DNA of 64,000 bases. It comes from Octopus sinensis. Lineage: Eukaryota. Positions 39,564 to 52,842 of the stretch are shown one piece after another. A program made the translations under genes and the position numbers. Numbering within the stretch: the first letter of the stretch is position 1; every line of letters starts with the position of its first letter. The notes below the pieces were generated by a model. The model saw only the letters and a program-made list of their open reading frames with translations, did no database searches and had not been told where the DNA came from. The DNA lies in contig NC_043026.1 of assembly GCF_006345805.1 (NCBI RefSeq), positions 7,192,001-7,256,000 of the forward strand, written 5' to 3'.

Positions 39564-39663
39564 NNNNNNNNNNNNNNNNNNNNNNNNNNNNNNNNNNNNN
39601 NNNNNNNNNNNNNNNNNNNNNNNNNNNNNNNNNNNNNNNNNNNNNNNNNNNNNNNNNNNNNNN
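39564..39663. other. Assembly gap (100 N, probably a placeholder length)
   Basis: N run. Confidence 1.
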
Positions 39664-39940
39664 CTTAGATAGCTGGAAACTGAAAGAAGCCCATCTTGTA
39701 TATGTCTATATATATATATATATATATATTATATTCTTTTATTTGTTCCAGTCATTTGACTGCAGCCATGCTGGAGCACCGCCTTGAGTCAAACAAACCG
39801 ACCCTCGGACATATTCTTTGTAAGCCTAGTACTATTTTCTGTTGGTCTCTTTTGCTGAACTGCTAAGTTATGGGGGTGTAAACACACCAACATCAGTTGT
39901 CAAGCGATGGTGGTGGTGGGGGGCAAACACAGACACACAA

Positions 39941-39985
<45 letters not shown>

Positions 39986-41951
39986 CAAGCAAAACGCCCC
40001 CTGTCCAATGGACGGTGCTGAGTGGCAAACATTTAAACCAAATTTTCTCAAAACAACTTGTCCCACCGTCCCATAGGCCTCCCCTTTGAGAAACACTGAT
40101 TTATTTGCAACAGCTGATGTACTTGCGCTTACAAATGCACGTTCCCACAGCTTTATTGATCGCATTCTCACCTGGAATCGATTTTTATAATTTTTTTCAA
40201 GACTTATACACACCCTGATACCATCGGTATCTACATATCAGATTTGATCACAATCCATATGCATCCACAAACAATACTACCAACACACAAATTCTATGCT
40301 TTTTTGTTCCTTCTCGAGCCATGCCTGGCTCATAAGGGCCGGTTTCCCGGTTTTCTTGGCATATAGGTTCTCCACCTGGACGGCACGCCGGTCCGTCGCA
40401 GGTGAGCTGCAAGATGCAGGAAGAAAGAGTGAGAGAAAGTTGTGGCGAAAGAGTCAGCAGAAGTTCGCCCTTACCTTTTGCCGGAGCCGCGTGGAGCTTA
40501 GGTGTTTCGCTCATAAACACACACATTGCCTGGTCTCAGATTCGAACCCAAGATCCCTCGACCACGAGTCCGCTGCCCTAACCGCTAGTCCATGTGCCTC
40601 CAAATTCTATACTACAACATAAGCATACCACTAGACCGACACAAACCTCATACTACCATCTCTACTACCACCATGACCAAACCAATAGCATACTACTATC
40701 ACAGATCTGTACTACCACCACCACCAATACTCTAATACCACTCTGCAAGTACTCATCTACCACCGCCTCTACTACATTCCGCTTGTTCTGGCTCAAATAA
40801 GAAACATTCAAACATATGCAGAGGTGGGGGTGTTGATAAGCATGTGTATATGTTCATATGTATGTTATATATACGTTTCTATGTGTATGTGGGTACACAC
40901 ACACACACACACATATAGATGTATACAACCATTTATTTAATGATATATGTGTAAGCAGATATATACATACAAGTGTACATATATATGCATATATGTATGT
41001 GGGTGTGTATATTTATATGAATATATATATATGTTATGTGTATATATATAATTATAAATATATATATATATATATCTATTATATATATATATATATATAT
41101 GTATATGTATATATAATATGTATCTATATATACATATTATATGTATATATAGATACATATATATATGCATATATTATATGTATATATTATATTATATATA
41201 TATATATTATATATATAATTGATACACCACACACACCACATATATAATTATATATATATATATATACACACACACACATATATATGTGTGTTTATGTATG
41301 TAATTTGTATATGTGTGTGTCCATGTATATATGCATGTGTATTTATCTATACATACATATATATACATATATACATACATATATATATACATATATATAT
41401 GATATGTGTATATTTGTGTTACGTAAGCTTGTGGCAGCTACTATCAAATATCCTTTAATTGTTTCTCCTTGTTTTCTTTTTCATTTCCTTCCTTCCTTCC
41501 TTACAGCCTTCCTTCTTCCTGTATCATTCTATCTGCCAGGCTTGTCATTCTATCTGACACGCTCATTCTCCCATGTCTGCATAAATATATGCGTGTGTGT
41601 GTGTGTATATATATATATCAATACTGATTGTACATATGCATATATATACACACCTATCTAGATATTTATTTCTGTCTATCTATTGAGGTATGTTGATGGA
41701 AACAGGTAAAACGAAACTGAAAACACGAGTATATTCTTTTATTCTTTTACTTGTTTCAGTCATTTTCGCCTGTGGCCATGCTGGAGCACCGCCTTTTAGT
41801 CGAACAAAACCAACCCCAGGACTTACTCTTTGTAAGCCTACTACTTATTCTATTGGGCTCTCTTGCCAAACCGCTAAGTTACGGGGACGTAAACACGCCA
41901 GCATCGGTTGTCAAGCAATGGTGGAGGGACAAACACCACACATATATATAT

Positions 41952-41984
<33 letters not shown>

Positions 41985-42199
41985 GGTGGGCTTCTTTCAG
42001 TTTCCATCTACCAAATGCACTCACCAGGCTTTGGTCGGCCTGAGGCTAATTGCCCAAAGTGCCCACATAGTGGGACTGAACCTGGAACCATGTGGTTGGG
42101 AAGCAAGCTTCTTACCACACAGCCACTTCTGCACTTATAATATATATTATATATATATATATGTGTGTCTTTCTTCTAGCATGGGAACGTCTTTCTTAA

Positions 42200-42620
42200 G
42201 CGAACCATCCGAACGTGGCCATTGCCAGTGCCGCCCCTACAGGCCTCTGTGCTGGTGGTATGTAAAAAGCACCATCCGATCCTTTGCGTCGTCTAGCCTC
42301 ACCTGGCCTCCGTGCCGGTGGCACATTAAAAGCACCGTCCGATCGTGTCCATTGCCAGCCACGCCTGGCCCCTATGCCGGTGGCACATAAAAAACACCAT
42401 CCGACCGTGGCCGTTTGCCAGCCCCATCTAGCAACTGTGCCGGTGGCACGTAAAAAGCACCCACTACACACACGGAGTGGTTGGCGTTAGGAAGGGCATC
42501 CAGCCATAGAAACACTGCCAGATCAGACTGGGCCTGATGCAGCCTTCCGGCTTCACAGACCCCAGTTGAACCGTCCAACCCATGCTAGCATGGAAAGCGG
42601 ACGCTAAATGATGATGATGA
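42200..42620 (+). mobile_element. RTE 3' UTR fragment (further copies: 48950-49175 -, 54940-55250 +, 58690-59190 +, 61795-62140 +, plus degraded pieces near 16500, 38130, 45120, 58150)
   Basis: Same core sequence and (GAT)n tail, with a variable number of internal modules. Confidence 0.85.
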
Positions 42621-43515
42621 TATATGTATATATATATATATATACATATATACATCATCATCATTGCCATCATCATTATCATCATCACCATCATCATCAT
42701 GGGATGATTATGATGATATGATGAAGGCAGTGGTGATGATGATGGGATGATGATGATGGTGAAGATGATGATAGATTGTGGATGTGATGATGGTGCTGTT
42801 GAAAACTCCGATGACTTCTTTTCAACTCATTAAAGTTGATTTATCTCTCTCCTCCTCCTCCCTCCCTCCCTCCCTCTCTCTTTGTATTTCTATTTTGAAT
42901 ACTTTTTCTCCATCTCTCTCTTTTAAGTTTTGTTTTTTACACTTTTTGTTCGTTTGTGGCCAGAAGTTTATATTTCAGGAAGATTTTTCTCTGTTTTAGA
43001 ATCAGATAAACATGGGTGCATGGGTGGGTGGGTGCGGATGGAGCGGTGGGTATATGTGGTGTGGGGCTGATGGTGGTTGTGGGCAGGACTGGGTGGGTGG
43101 AGCTGTATGGGTGTGTGTGTGTGCGAGGATGTGGATATGCATACATATATATATATGCGTGTATTTATATATATCTATATATGTGTTTGTGTGTGTATGT
43201 ATCTCTCTATATATATATGCATGTGTGTGTGTGGAATATTATACATACAACCCTATATATATATATATAATATATATATATTATATATATATATAATACA
43301 TACATATGTTTACATATATATGCACACGCACACACATATATACATATATCTACATGTCTAAATACATGTTTGTATATATATTTACAAACATATATTTCTA
43401 TACACATACATACCTATACCCACATACGTATATACATACATAACTACATATATGCATACATATGTATATACATATAGGATGCATGCTGTGTGAGGAAATG
43501 AAACAGAAGATATGT

Positions 43516-43546
<31 letters not shown>

Positions 43547-43962
43547 ATATATAAGCGTGTGTGTGTATCTATATGTGCTCCTAAACACACATACATATAA
43601 TATTTCTCCTGCGTTTCATCTGTTCTAACACCTTGTATCATATATATACACTCACTAATACACACTCACCTGTTTCCCTCTCGCTCTCTCTCTCTCATTC
43701 TCTCATTATACGCAAAACACAAATATCATGTATACACTTGTAAGTACAACTAATAATAATATGAACTCTTCAAAATACTAATTAAACTCGTTAATCGGAC
43801 ATATGGTCGTCTCTTTAATAGTTAATGTTTACTGGGCGTTTAAATACACGAATATACACACAAATGCATACATGCATGTTTGTGTACGTCTATATATACA
43901 TACATACACGTAAATGCATATATATTAAATATAGATAAACATATGTGTAAGGTGTGTGTGTG

Positions 43963-44001
<39 letters not shown>

Positions 44002-44904
44002 CACACACATACATATGTACCTGTCCATCTATGTATCTATGTAGTTCTTTATTTACTTATCTATATAGCTATCTATATACAAGCAATTATATACATATAT
44101 ACATGTGTGAGTGTGTATATATATATATATAAATATACATGTATGTGTGTATACATGTATATGTATGTTTATATATATATATGTATATGTATGTTTATGT
44201 ACATAGACATATATACACACACACATTCTTGTCAGAGCTCATGCCTATAAGTCTAATCTGCTCTTAGAATTCAAACTGCCAAAGCCCCCCCCCACACACA
44301 CACACCTTCAAGCTTGTCTCTTTTACAACTCCCCACTCTCATAGACACACACACACACACACACATGTATATGTATAAATATATATATATATATATACAC
44401 ATATATACACCACTATACATTTCAGTTTTTGCTATAAACTATTTGAACAGCACTTTGGTTGAAACTTTATCAGTATTGCTCACATTACGAAAAACATCAT
44501 CCTACGCACTACAGTTTATATATACATGTGTGTGTATGTGTGTATATATATTTATATATGTAGTATATATATGTAGTATACATTTATATATACACACACG
44601 CACACACACACACACACATATATATATGTAGTTTTGCTTCGTTTTTGTATTTGGCTTGCAAGATTTTTGATGTAAAATTTGGGTGTTGAAACAAATGTTG
44701 TTGTCTCTTGGGACGGTCATTACGTCAATAATAAAAATAGATACATGCACAGGTTCAATTCCACTTCTTTATTGTTAATCAATTGGTTAAATGTTTTACC
44801 AACTAACTAATTGATTGTCTGTTCAGAGTATTGGTGGAACAATTGATCAGTTATTATTATTGATGTTGTTGTTATTATTATTATTATTATTATCATTATT
44901 ATTA

Positions 44905-45017
44905 TTATTATTCCTTTGTAATACAGTGTAGATAAAGATGCCCAGAGTCTTTAGTCATCTGTCAAGTCAACAAGTTCCTCAGACAGATAATACATTCCTT
45001 AAGATGTGTGTTGTGCT
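44905..45017 (-). mobile_element. Extreme 3' end of an RLE-type LINE
   Basis: STTHILRNVLSV* (compare GTAHILRKVL), short UTR and (AAT)n tail on the minus strand. Confidence 0.55.
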
Positions 45018-45775
45018 TCATAATAATAATGATAATAATAATAATGATAATAATAATAATGATAATAATAATAATGATAATAATAATAATGATAATAATA
45101 ATAATAATAATAGTTGTGTTTGAATGGGCTGGTACGCTGGAAGGCTGCACAAGGAGCCAGTGTAATTTGGCAGAGTTTTCTACAGCTGGATGCCCTTCCT
45201 AACACCAACCACTTTACAAAGTGGACTGGGTGCTCTTACGTGCCACTGGCACAGGTGCCATTTGCATGACACCCGTATCTGTCACAAATGCAATTTTGCA
45301 CAGCTTGATGGTTCTTCTTCTTAAGCACGACATAATGCCAATGGTCTTGGTCATTGCCGCCATGAGGCCCAACACCCAAAAGGAACTTGACCACTTTGTT
45401 TTATCTGCAAAAAACATGCTCAACTCATGCAAGCTAATCCATGACCAGTCTGCAGCAATTCATAAGTTTCTGTGGCATTTTTGTCCGTTTTAATACAATA
45501 CTCAATAACATCGCAAGCTTCCTGATGCATTCAGCAAACCCAGTCAACTGTGACGAGCTGTGTTTATTTAGCAGGGTAGGTTCAGACTGCGGTTACAGCT
45601 GTCCCCTTCATTCTGGAATAACGAAAGTGGGCAGGTCAGCTTATTTGATGCCTAGTGATGTTATACTAAAATATTGATGATGATGATGACGTAGGACAGT
45701 TATAACAGCTTCTCCTAAAAAAGTCTCAAAACTTCTGGAATGACCCTTGGAGTCAGCTGTGACTGTGTTTATTTT

Positions 45776-46348
45776 GGTAAGGTGGTGAAACACAACCTTC
45801 GAAAATTAGGTCTCACTGAGGCAATGACTAGTGACCGAGACCTTTGGAAATATGCTGTGCGTGAGAAGACCCGGCAGGACAAGTGAGACCTGTGGCCTTT
45901 ACCTGGGATGGTGCCAGTCCACTTATGCATACCTTTCCTTCTTGAGACACAAAACTCTGCTTGCGAAGACCTGTTGAGGCAAGTGAAATCGAAATCGAAA
46001 TCGATCAAAATCAATGGAAATTGTAGTTATGATACCAGTGCCGGTGGCACGTAAAAAGCACCATCCGAACGTGGTTGTTGCCAGCACCACTCAACTGGCT
46101 TCCGTGCCAGTGGCACGTAAAAAGCACCAACCGATCGTGGTCGCTGCCAGCCTCCCCTGGCATGTAAAAAGCACCCACTACACTCACAGAGTGGTTGGCG
46201 TTAGGAAGGGCATCCAGCTGTAGAAACACTGCCAGATCAGACTGGAGCCTGGTGCAGCCTCCTGGCTTCCCAGACCCCGGTCGAACCGTCCAACCCATGC
46301 TAGCATGGAAAACGGACGTTAAACGTTGATGATGATGATGATGATGAT
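45776..46348 (+). mobile_element. RTE-clade LINE 3' fragment
   Basis: VVKHNLRKLGLTEAMTSDRDLWKYAVREKTRQDK*, UTR with gtgccggtggcacgtaaaaagcac modules, ending ...catggaaaacggacgttaaac(gat)n. Confidence 0.9.
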
Positions 46349-47215
46349 GTTCAAAGCGATGTTACAATCATCTCCTTCAATCTAGAATAGCAAAAGTTGG
46401 GAGGTCAGCTTATTACATGTATAGGGATGATATATTAAGATTACAATATTCTTTTCTACCCTAGGCAAAAGGCCTGAAGTTTTGGGGGAGGGGACCAGTC
46501 AATTAGATCGACTCCAGTATGCAACTGGTACTTAATTTATCGACCCCAAAAGGATGAAAGGCAAAGTCAACCACGGCAGAATTTGAACTCAGAACGTAAA
46601 GACAGACAAAATACCACTAAGCACTTCGCCCAGCGTGCTAACAACTCTGCAAGAAGAAGAAGAAGAAGAAGGGGAAGTAGAAGAAGAGGAAGAGGAAGAG
46701 GAGGAAGAAGAAGAAGAGGAGAGAAGAAGAAGAAGAAGAAGAAGGAAGAAGAGGAAGGAGAAGAAGAAGAATGATTCTGCAATATAAATATGGTCGGACT
46801 ATTGTTGCTGCCTTTGCTAAAATGTCTCAAAACTTCTGGAATGGACTTTGAACATTATTTTCAACCCCACAACAGAGAAAGATTTCTCTATTTACGTTTC
46901 TGACTAACTTTTGAGTTTAATTTTGGAAATTTGTAAAATGAACATGGTATGCACCTGGGTGGGTGTGTAGTTGCGTATGTGTGTGTGTAGCTTTATATGT
47001 GTATACGTATATAGACACAGACACATGTAGGTGTATGTACACACACACACACACACACACACATACATGGATTTTTATGTGCATATATCTCTGTAGCTTT
47101 GTATACATAGATACACATACACACACGCATACACATATATATATATATATACATATGTATATGCGTGTGTATGTATATTTATATATATATATGTATATGT
47201 ATATATTTATACACA

Positions 47216-47266
<51 letters not shown>

Positions 47267-48114
47267 GTATATATATATATACATACATAAATGCATATAC
47301 ATATATATACACACAAAAAAGTATTTCTAGAAATACACAGGATTAACATCTCAGCTTCCAGTTAAAAAGACTATATACACATGTGTATATACATATATAT
47401 ACATATATATTACATATAAAACATAATATATATATATATATATATATATCATCATCATCATCATCATCATATATATATATATATATAAATATGTATATAC
47501 TTATATATGTATATATGTATATAATTTATATGTGTATATATGTGTACATATGTATATACATATATATGTTTGTATGTATGTGCGCTGTGTAAAATCTTTG
47601 TTTTGGTCTAGTGCCATTATCCAACTACCTGCGAGTCTACCACCACCATTAACATGTTGATACAGCCATTATCTGATGGTGGTGGTGGTGATGGTGGTGG
47701 TGGAGGAGGGGTGGTGGTGATGGAGGAGGGGTGGTGGTGGTGGTGGTGGTGGTGGAGGAGGGGTGGTGGTGATGGAGGAGGGGTGGTGGTGGTGGTGGAG
47801 GGGTGGTGGTGGAGGAGGGGTGTGGTGGTGGGGAGGGGTGGTGGTGGTGGTGGTGGTGGTGGAGGGGTGGTGGTGGTGATGGTGTAAGTGTTATTGTTGA
47901 TAGCTGATAGTGTTGATGTTGGTGATGGTGGTGGTGGTGGTGGTGGTGGGGTGCTTCTGGAATTGGTGCTGGGGATGGGGTATGGGGGAGCCGGTGGGAG
48001 TAGCGCTATTCTCTCTCTCTATCTTCTTATCTTTTCTCATTAAGAAAAAATTCCTGTGGTTGTAGATATGAAATGTGTCTACGTATATATGCATGTGTGT
48101 TGACTTATATATAT

Positions 48115-48145
<31 letters not shown>

Positions 48146-48292
48146 TATTCATATATATATATAAATATATATATATGTATATATATATACACACACATAT
48201 ATATTCATATATATATATATGTATATATATAAACACACATGTATAGTCATATATATATATACATACATATATATATATTTATATATATATTC

Positions 48293-48333
<41 letters not shown>

Positions 48334-48335
48334 GA

Positions 48336-48367
<32 letters not shown>

Positions 48368-48699
48368 AACACACACACACACATATATACATTAAGTAAT
48401 ATTCTGGTTTACGAGATCCCAAGTTTACGAGTTTTATTTTATTTTTAGGCACCAGATCCCAAATTTTGAATGAAGTGCAAAAGTTTCTGCTGCCATAACA
48501 AATGCTTCTGTGTGTTACTGAGAAATTTATAGAGAGCAAAAAAAAAAAAAGCTTCTTAACAAACAACCGTAGACTTGTTTTTTTAAAAGAAGTCTACAAG
48601 TCTGTCTATGAGTGCTTGTGAATCGGGGATCACATCTATTAGTGATGGTGTGTGCGAGCCTCGTGCAAGTGAAAGTAATTCAGAAAAAGATTTTAATAA

Positions 48700-48850
48700 T
48701 ATTACGAAGATGTACTTGCACAGCAAGTGACCTGATCTGAGATCGTGTGTTGGAACGAAAACAATTGCAGCATGGAAGGTGTTTGTAAGCCATTTAAGAA
48801 TCACACAAAAACCGTTAGATTCACTTCAACATTTAAATTTAATTTACCAA
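48700..48850 (+). repeat. Unclassified dispersed repeat, inverted copy at 61320-61465
   Basis: gatgtacttgc..gcaagtgacctgatctgagatcg...ttcaacatttaaatttaattt is shared by both copies. Confidence 0.8.
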
Positions 48851-49499
48851 ATTATTTTCGGCGCTTTGAGACTGCGACCTGTTCACTGACAAAATTCTGT
48901 GCTGCATCATTTTAATAATGATATTTTGTATTATAAATGATCTTGATCATCATCATCATCGTTTAACGTTCGTTCTCCATGCTAGCATGGGTTGGACGGT
49001 TCGAACGGGGATCTGGGAAGCCAGAAGGCTGCCCCAGGCTCCAGTCTTATCTGGCAGTGTTTCTACAGCTGGATGCCCTTCCTAACGCCAACCACTCCCG
49101 TGAGTGTAGTGGGTGCTTTTTACGTGCCACCTGCACAGGTGCCAGGCGAGGCTGGCAATGGCCACAATCGGATTGGTGCATTATTCTTTTTAATTTACAT
49201 CAAATGTTCTTTACATTCGAATGTTGTTTTATTGCCATTTATTTACTAGTATTGTGAATTTATTGGTAAAATATTTTGCTGGGAATGAATTACGATTTAT
49301 AACATTTGCCACTTTGGGAAATTGCTTCTCTGCTTTACGAGTTATTGCTTTATGTACAGTCTCCGGGGAACAAATTTAATCTTATATCAAGGCATTATTG
49401 TATATATGTGTGTGTGTATATATATATATATTATATATATATATATATACATACATAGAAGAAGAAGAAGAAGAAGAAGAAGAAGAAGATCATCATAAT

Positions 49500-49950
49500 C
49501 ATTGTTCGACTGTGGTCGAGACAATGGAATTTACTGCGTTACACCAGACTTCACAGTCCATCATAGCATTACGGAGGTCCTGTTGCTGGATGCCTGTATC
49601 CCTGGAGATTATATCAGGGTAGGAGAGTGTGCGCCCTCTGGTATTGCGAGCAGATGACTTCCAGAGGAGGAGGAGGTGGAGAAGAAGAAGAAGAAGCAGT
49701 TGTGGTCGCTGATAAAGGTGGTAGTAGTACCAATAATTGTTGGAGCCCTGGGAACAGTGAGTAAAATCTTGAGAAGTACATGGAACAAATATGGGCTGCA
49801 ATAAGGATGGAGCACTTGCAGAAAACAGCACTGCTTGGAATTACTTGAATATTCTGGATGGTGCTCGAAAAATAAGGGGTGTTACCTTAGTTCACTGGTA
49901 GTGAACAGCTGACACTGTAGTACATCTCCAGTGTTAGAAGCTGTGCAAAG
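49500..49950 (+). mobile_element. RLE-type (R4/Dong-like) LINE 3' fragment ending in (ATA)n
   Basis: VLLLDACIPGD..., QLWSLIKVVVVPIIVGALGTVSK/LEKYMEQI....MEHLQKTALLGIT*IFWMVLEK*; short UTR, then an (AAT)n array. Confidence 0.8.
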
Positions 49951-49961
49951 ATAATAAAATG

Positions 49962-50001
<40 letters not shown>

Positions 50002-50715
50002 TCAATAATAATAATAATAATAATGATAATAATAACAATAATAATAATAGCTATAACAACAATAATAATAGGATTTTGAGATTGGCGCTTGGGTGTTGAG
50101 TATCTTCCACAATAACTTAACAACCAGGTACCAAAGCTTATATTTTATGGAAATAGACCCTGTGAGGCCTCTGGTGACAGGTTTCTGTCTGCTCTCACAG
50201 AATCAACTTGAGCAAATAAGACCAGGATTTGTAAGAAGTAAACTAATAAAAACATCAATGGTTTCTGATAACTTCTAGGTCAGTAAGTTTAAGGAGAGGG
50301 CACTTGGTACTGCATTGGAACTTTATTCTATTGATCCCAGAAGGATGAAAGATATAGTCGACCCCAGCAGGATTTGAAACCAGGACTGAAGCAGTCAAAA
50401 CAAATGCCAGAAGGCAGTTTGTTTAATGTTGTAACGAGTCTGCCAATTCTCTGCCAATAATGAGACTTGTAGCTGTAGTCGAAAACTTAATTATGATGTC
50501 ATCTGTGATGGATGATTCGTAACCTGAGAAATTAACAAGATTCCACTGGTTTGGCTTCAAACGTACGATTCATACAGAGTGCGGCAAAATGTCCCTGCAC
50601 TTTACCGTTTGATAAACGTTTCAAATTTTGAAAAATCTAAATTATATACCAGTGCAAGCCAAAGTAGTTAATTAAGACAAAACAGTAAAACATTAACGTA
50701 AAGTGTACTAGCCAT

Positions 50716-51042
50716 CTGAATGTGGCTAGCCACTGGGGGTGGGGTGTTACTGATGCTTTTAGCCCCAGGAGATCAACGTCACCAGCTGGCCTTAGACACA
50801 AAATTTCAGTGCCCTTGTGTTATTTGCAAAGGGAGGTCATCCTCCCTTGAAAACCTAAGTGATACATACGGACTATAGTTTCAAGGTAATTGCCTCTCGT
50901 CAACGCATGGTAAACACCGGTTTTTGATGAAGGAGACCTTTGCAAATAATAATATTTAACGTTTTTCACAGCATCCACTGTCTGATCTCCTGGGGCTAAA
51001 AGCATCAGTAACACCCCACCCACAGTGGCTAGCCACATTCAG
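50716..51042. repeat. 60-bp inverted repeat (1 mismatch) around a structured 207-nt spacer
   Basis: 50716-50775 versus 50983-51042; internal perfect 13-bp IR ttatttgcaaagg/cctttgcaaataa. Confidence 0.9.
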
Positions 51043-51959
51043 TAAAATATTAGCTATAGGAAAATCCTATTATTATTTGCTTAACTTTACCACTGTTATA
51101 AGAATGGCTCTGTGAAATATGGGAGGTTTTTCTGCCACAAACTATAGAAGATTCTTTTCAAGGTGTTTCAATTTGTTTTTCATTGATTCCTTGCCATTTC
51201 TTTTTCTTTTTCTTCTCTATTCTTCTTTTTCTTGTTTTTTATTTGTTTCTTTTCCTTACACCCCCTCACATACACACACACATACAGAAGCACACAGACT
51301 CGCCCAAATATGTATGTAGGTGCAGGCATGGCTGTGTGGTAAGTAACTTGCTTCCCAACCACATTGTTCCAGGTTCAGTCCCACTGCATGGCACTATAGC
51401 CTCTGGCTGACCAAAGCCTTGTGAGTGCATTTGGTAGATGGAAACTGAAAGAAGCCCATCATATATATATATATATGTTTATGTCCTCATAACTTAGTGG
51501 TTCGGCAAAAGTGACCACTGGAATAAGTCCTGTGGTGGATTTGTTTGACTAAAACCCATCAAGGCGGTGCCCCAGCATGGCCACAGTCAAATGACAGAAA
51601 CAAGTAAAGGTTAAAAGATAAAAGATAGTTTTATAACATTCGTACAGTGAACAGAACAGGTTGCATAACTCTAAGTTTCATGTAAGCTTGGTGACGCCTA
51701 TGATCATCAGATGTACAAAACCAGGACATAACTGGCACATGTGATGCTTATAAGTCCTGTAAATGTCTAGCTCCAATGTTGGACAATAGCACTCTTGGAT
51801 TCTTTACACATGGGAAAAAAGCCTGGATGGTCACAGATAGAAAGTCTTTGATCATAGGTCTGTTTAATCAGGGCTAAAGAACAATTATAACTAAATCAAC
51901 ATGACAGAAAGAAAACAAAATGATTTATTTTTTTACTTTTCCATTTTCCATTCTTACAG

Positions 51960-52029
51960 TCCTCATAAAGAGACAATCCAGAGGGTGACCTACCTGAAGA
52001 ATTCTCACAAGTATTTGGTCATCAGTAAG
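51960..52029 (+). CDS. WDR49: WDR49-like exon C
   Basis: Acceptor ttccattcttacag, donor gtgagt; 70 nt, phase 2-0; (S)PHKETIQRVTYLKNSHKYLVISK, start of the first WD repeat; phase matches exon B across the 40.7 kb intron. Confidence 0.93.
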
Positions 52030-52656
52030 GTGAGTTTTTACCATATTTGGCAATTCTTTATTTTTTAAACACTGCCCCAAATTTGTTGTTATTGTTGTTG
52101 CTTAGCCCTAGGTCAGTCCAGATCCAGTAGACCTATGATCAAATATGTTCCAGATTTGACCATCCCATCGTTTATTGAGGCATAGTGTATCTAGGACTAC
52201 ATTATCTAATGTGTCCATCTTTGTTGTTTAGCCCAGTTCACCTCTAATTTAGCAGATATATTACTAAAGGGGTTCTGGCAATGACCATCCCATCTTTTGT
52301 TGAGGTATAGTGTACATTGGACTACATTATCCAATATGTCCCTCCTTGTGTGTGTGTATTTGATGATGCAACCAGAAAAAAAAGAGAATACAGCACATGA
52401 GTATATATTAGCAGTTCGGCAAAAGAGACCGATAGAATAAGTACTGGGCTTACAAAGAATAATTCCTGGGGTCGATTTCCTCGACTAAAAAGGCGGTACT
52501 CCAGCATGGCCACAGTCAAATGACTAAAACAAGTAAAAGAAAAAAAAAATACTGGAGTAAACACATAAATGTGAAACAAGGTGGAAAAAAATAGTACTCG
52601 AATACCAGAGGTAGAGTAATATGCTTTATTAAAAAGCAGCAGAAATATAACAAAAG

Positions 52657-52691
52657 CTGTTACTCAGAGTTTCACGTTCTTGTTCAAACAG
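52657..52691 (-). ncRNA. Hammerhead-like motif family B, minus arm (degenerate core)
   Basis: CTGT-TTGA(deletion)-ACA AGAA CGT-GAAA-CTC T GAGT-A-ACAG. Confidence 0.5.
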
Positions 52692-52761
52692 GAAGACAGA
52701 GTGGGAGTGGAGGTGGAGTCGATGTCTGACCACTCGGACTGTGGTTGAAGTGAAAGAAAAA

Positions 52762-52799
52762 CAGTCCGACGAACGGGAACGGGAAACTCTGAGTAACAG
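52762..52799 (+). ncRNA. Hammerhead-like motif family B, plus arm of inverted pair
   Basis: CAGT-CCGACGA-ACG GGAA CGG-GAAA-CTC T GAGT-A-ACAG; one lesion each in stems I and II relative to the four-copy consensus. Confidence 0.6.
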
Positions 52800-52842
52800 T
52801 TTTTGTGATATTTTTTCTGATTTTTAATAAAGTATATATGCA

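Larger units (their letters stand above)
52560..52835. mobile_element. Probable Penelope-like terminal repeat in inverted arrangement (homolog at about 37795-38000)
   Basis: Inverted arms, each with a hammerhead-like motif and an AATAAA-containing tail; the long left tail is homologous to 37795-37880. Confidence 0.5.

Noticed and set aside
45690-45750. Mariner-like TIR fragments (also about 46820 and 40220)
   Set aside because: Isolated single ends with no pairing partner or ORF that I could confirm.
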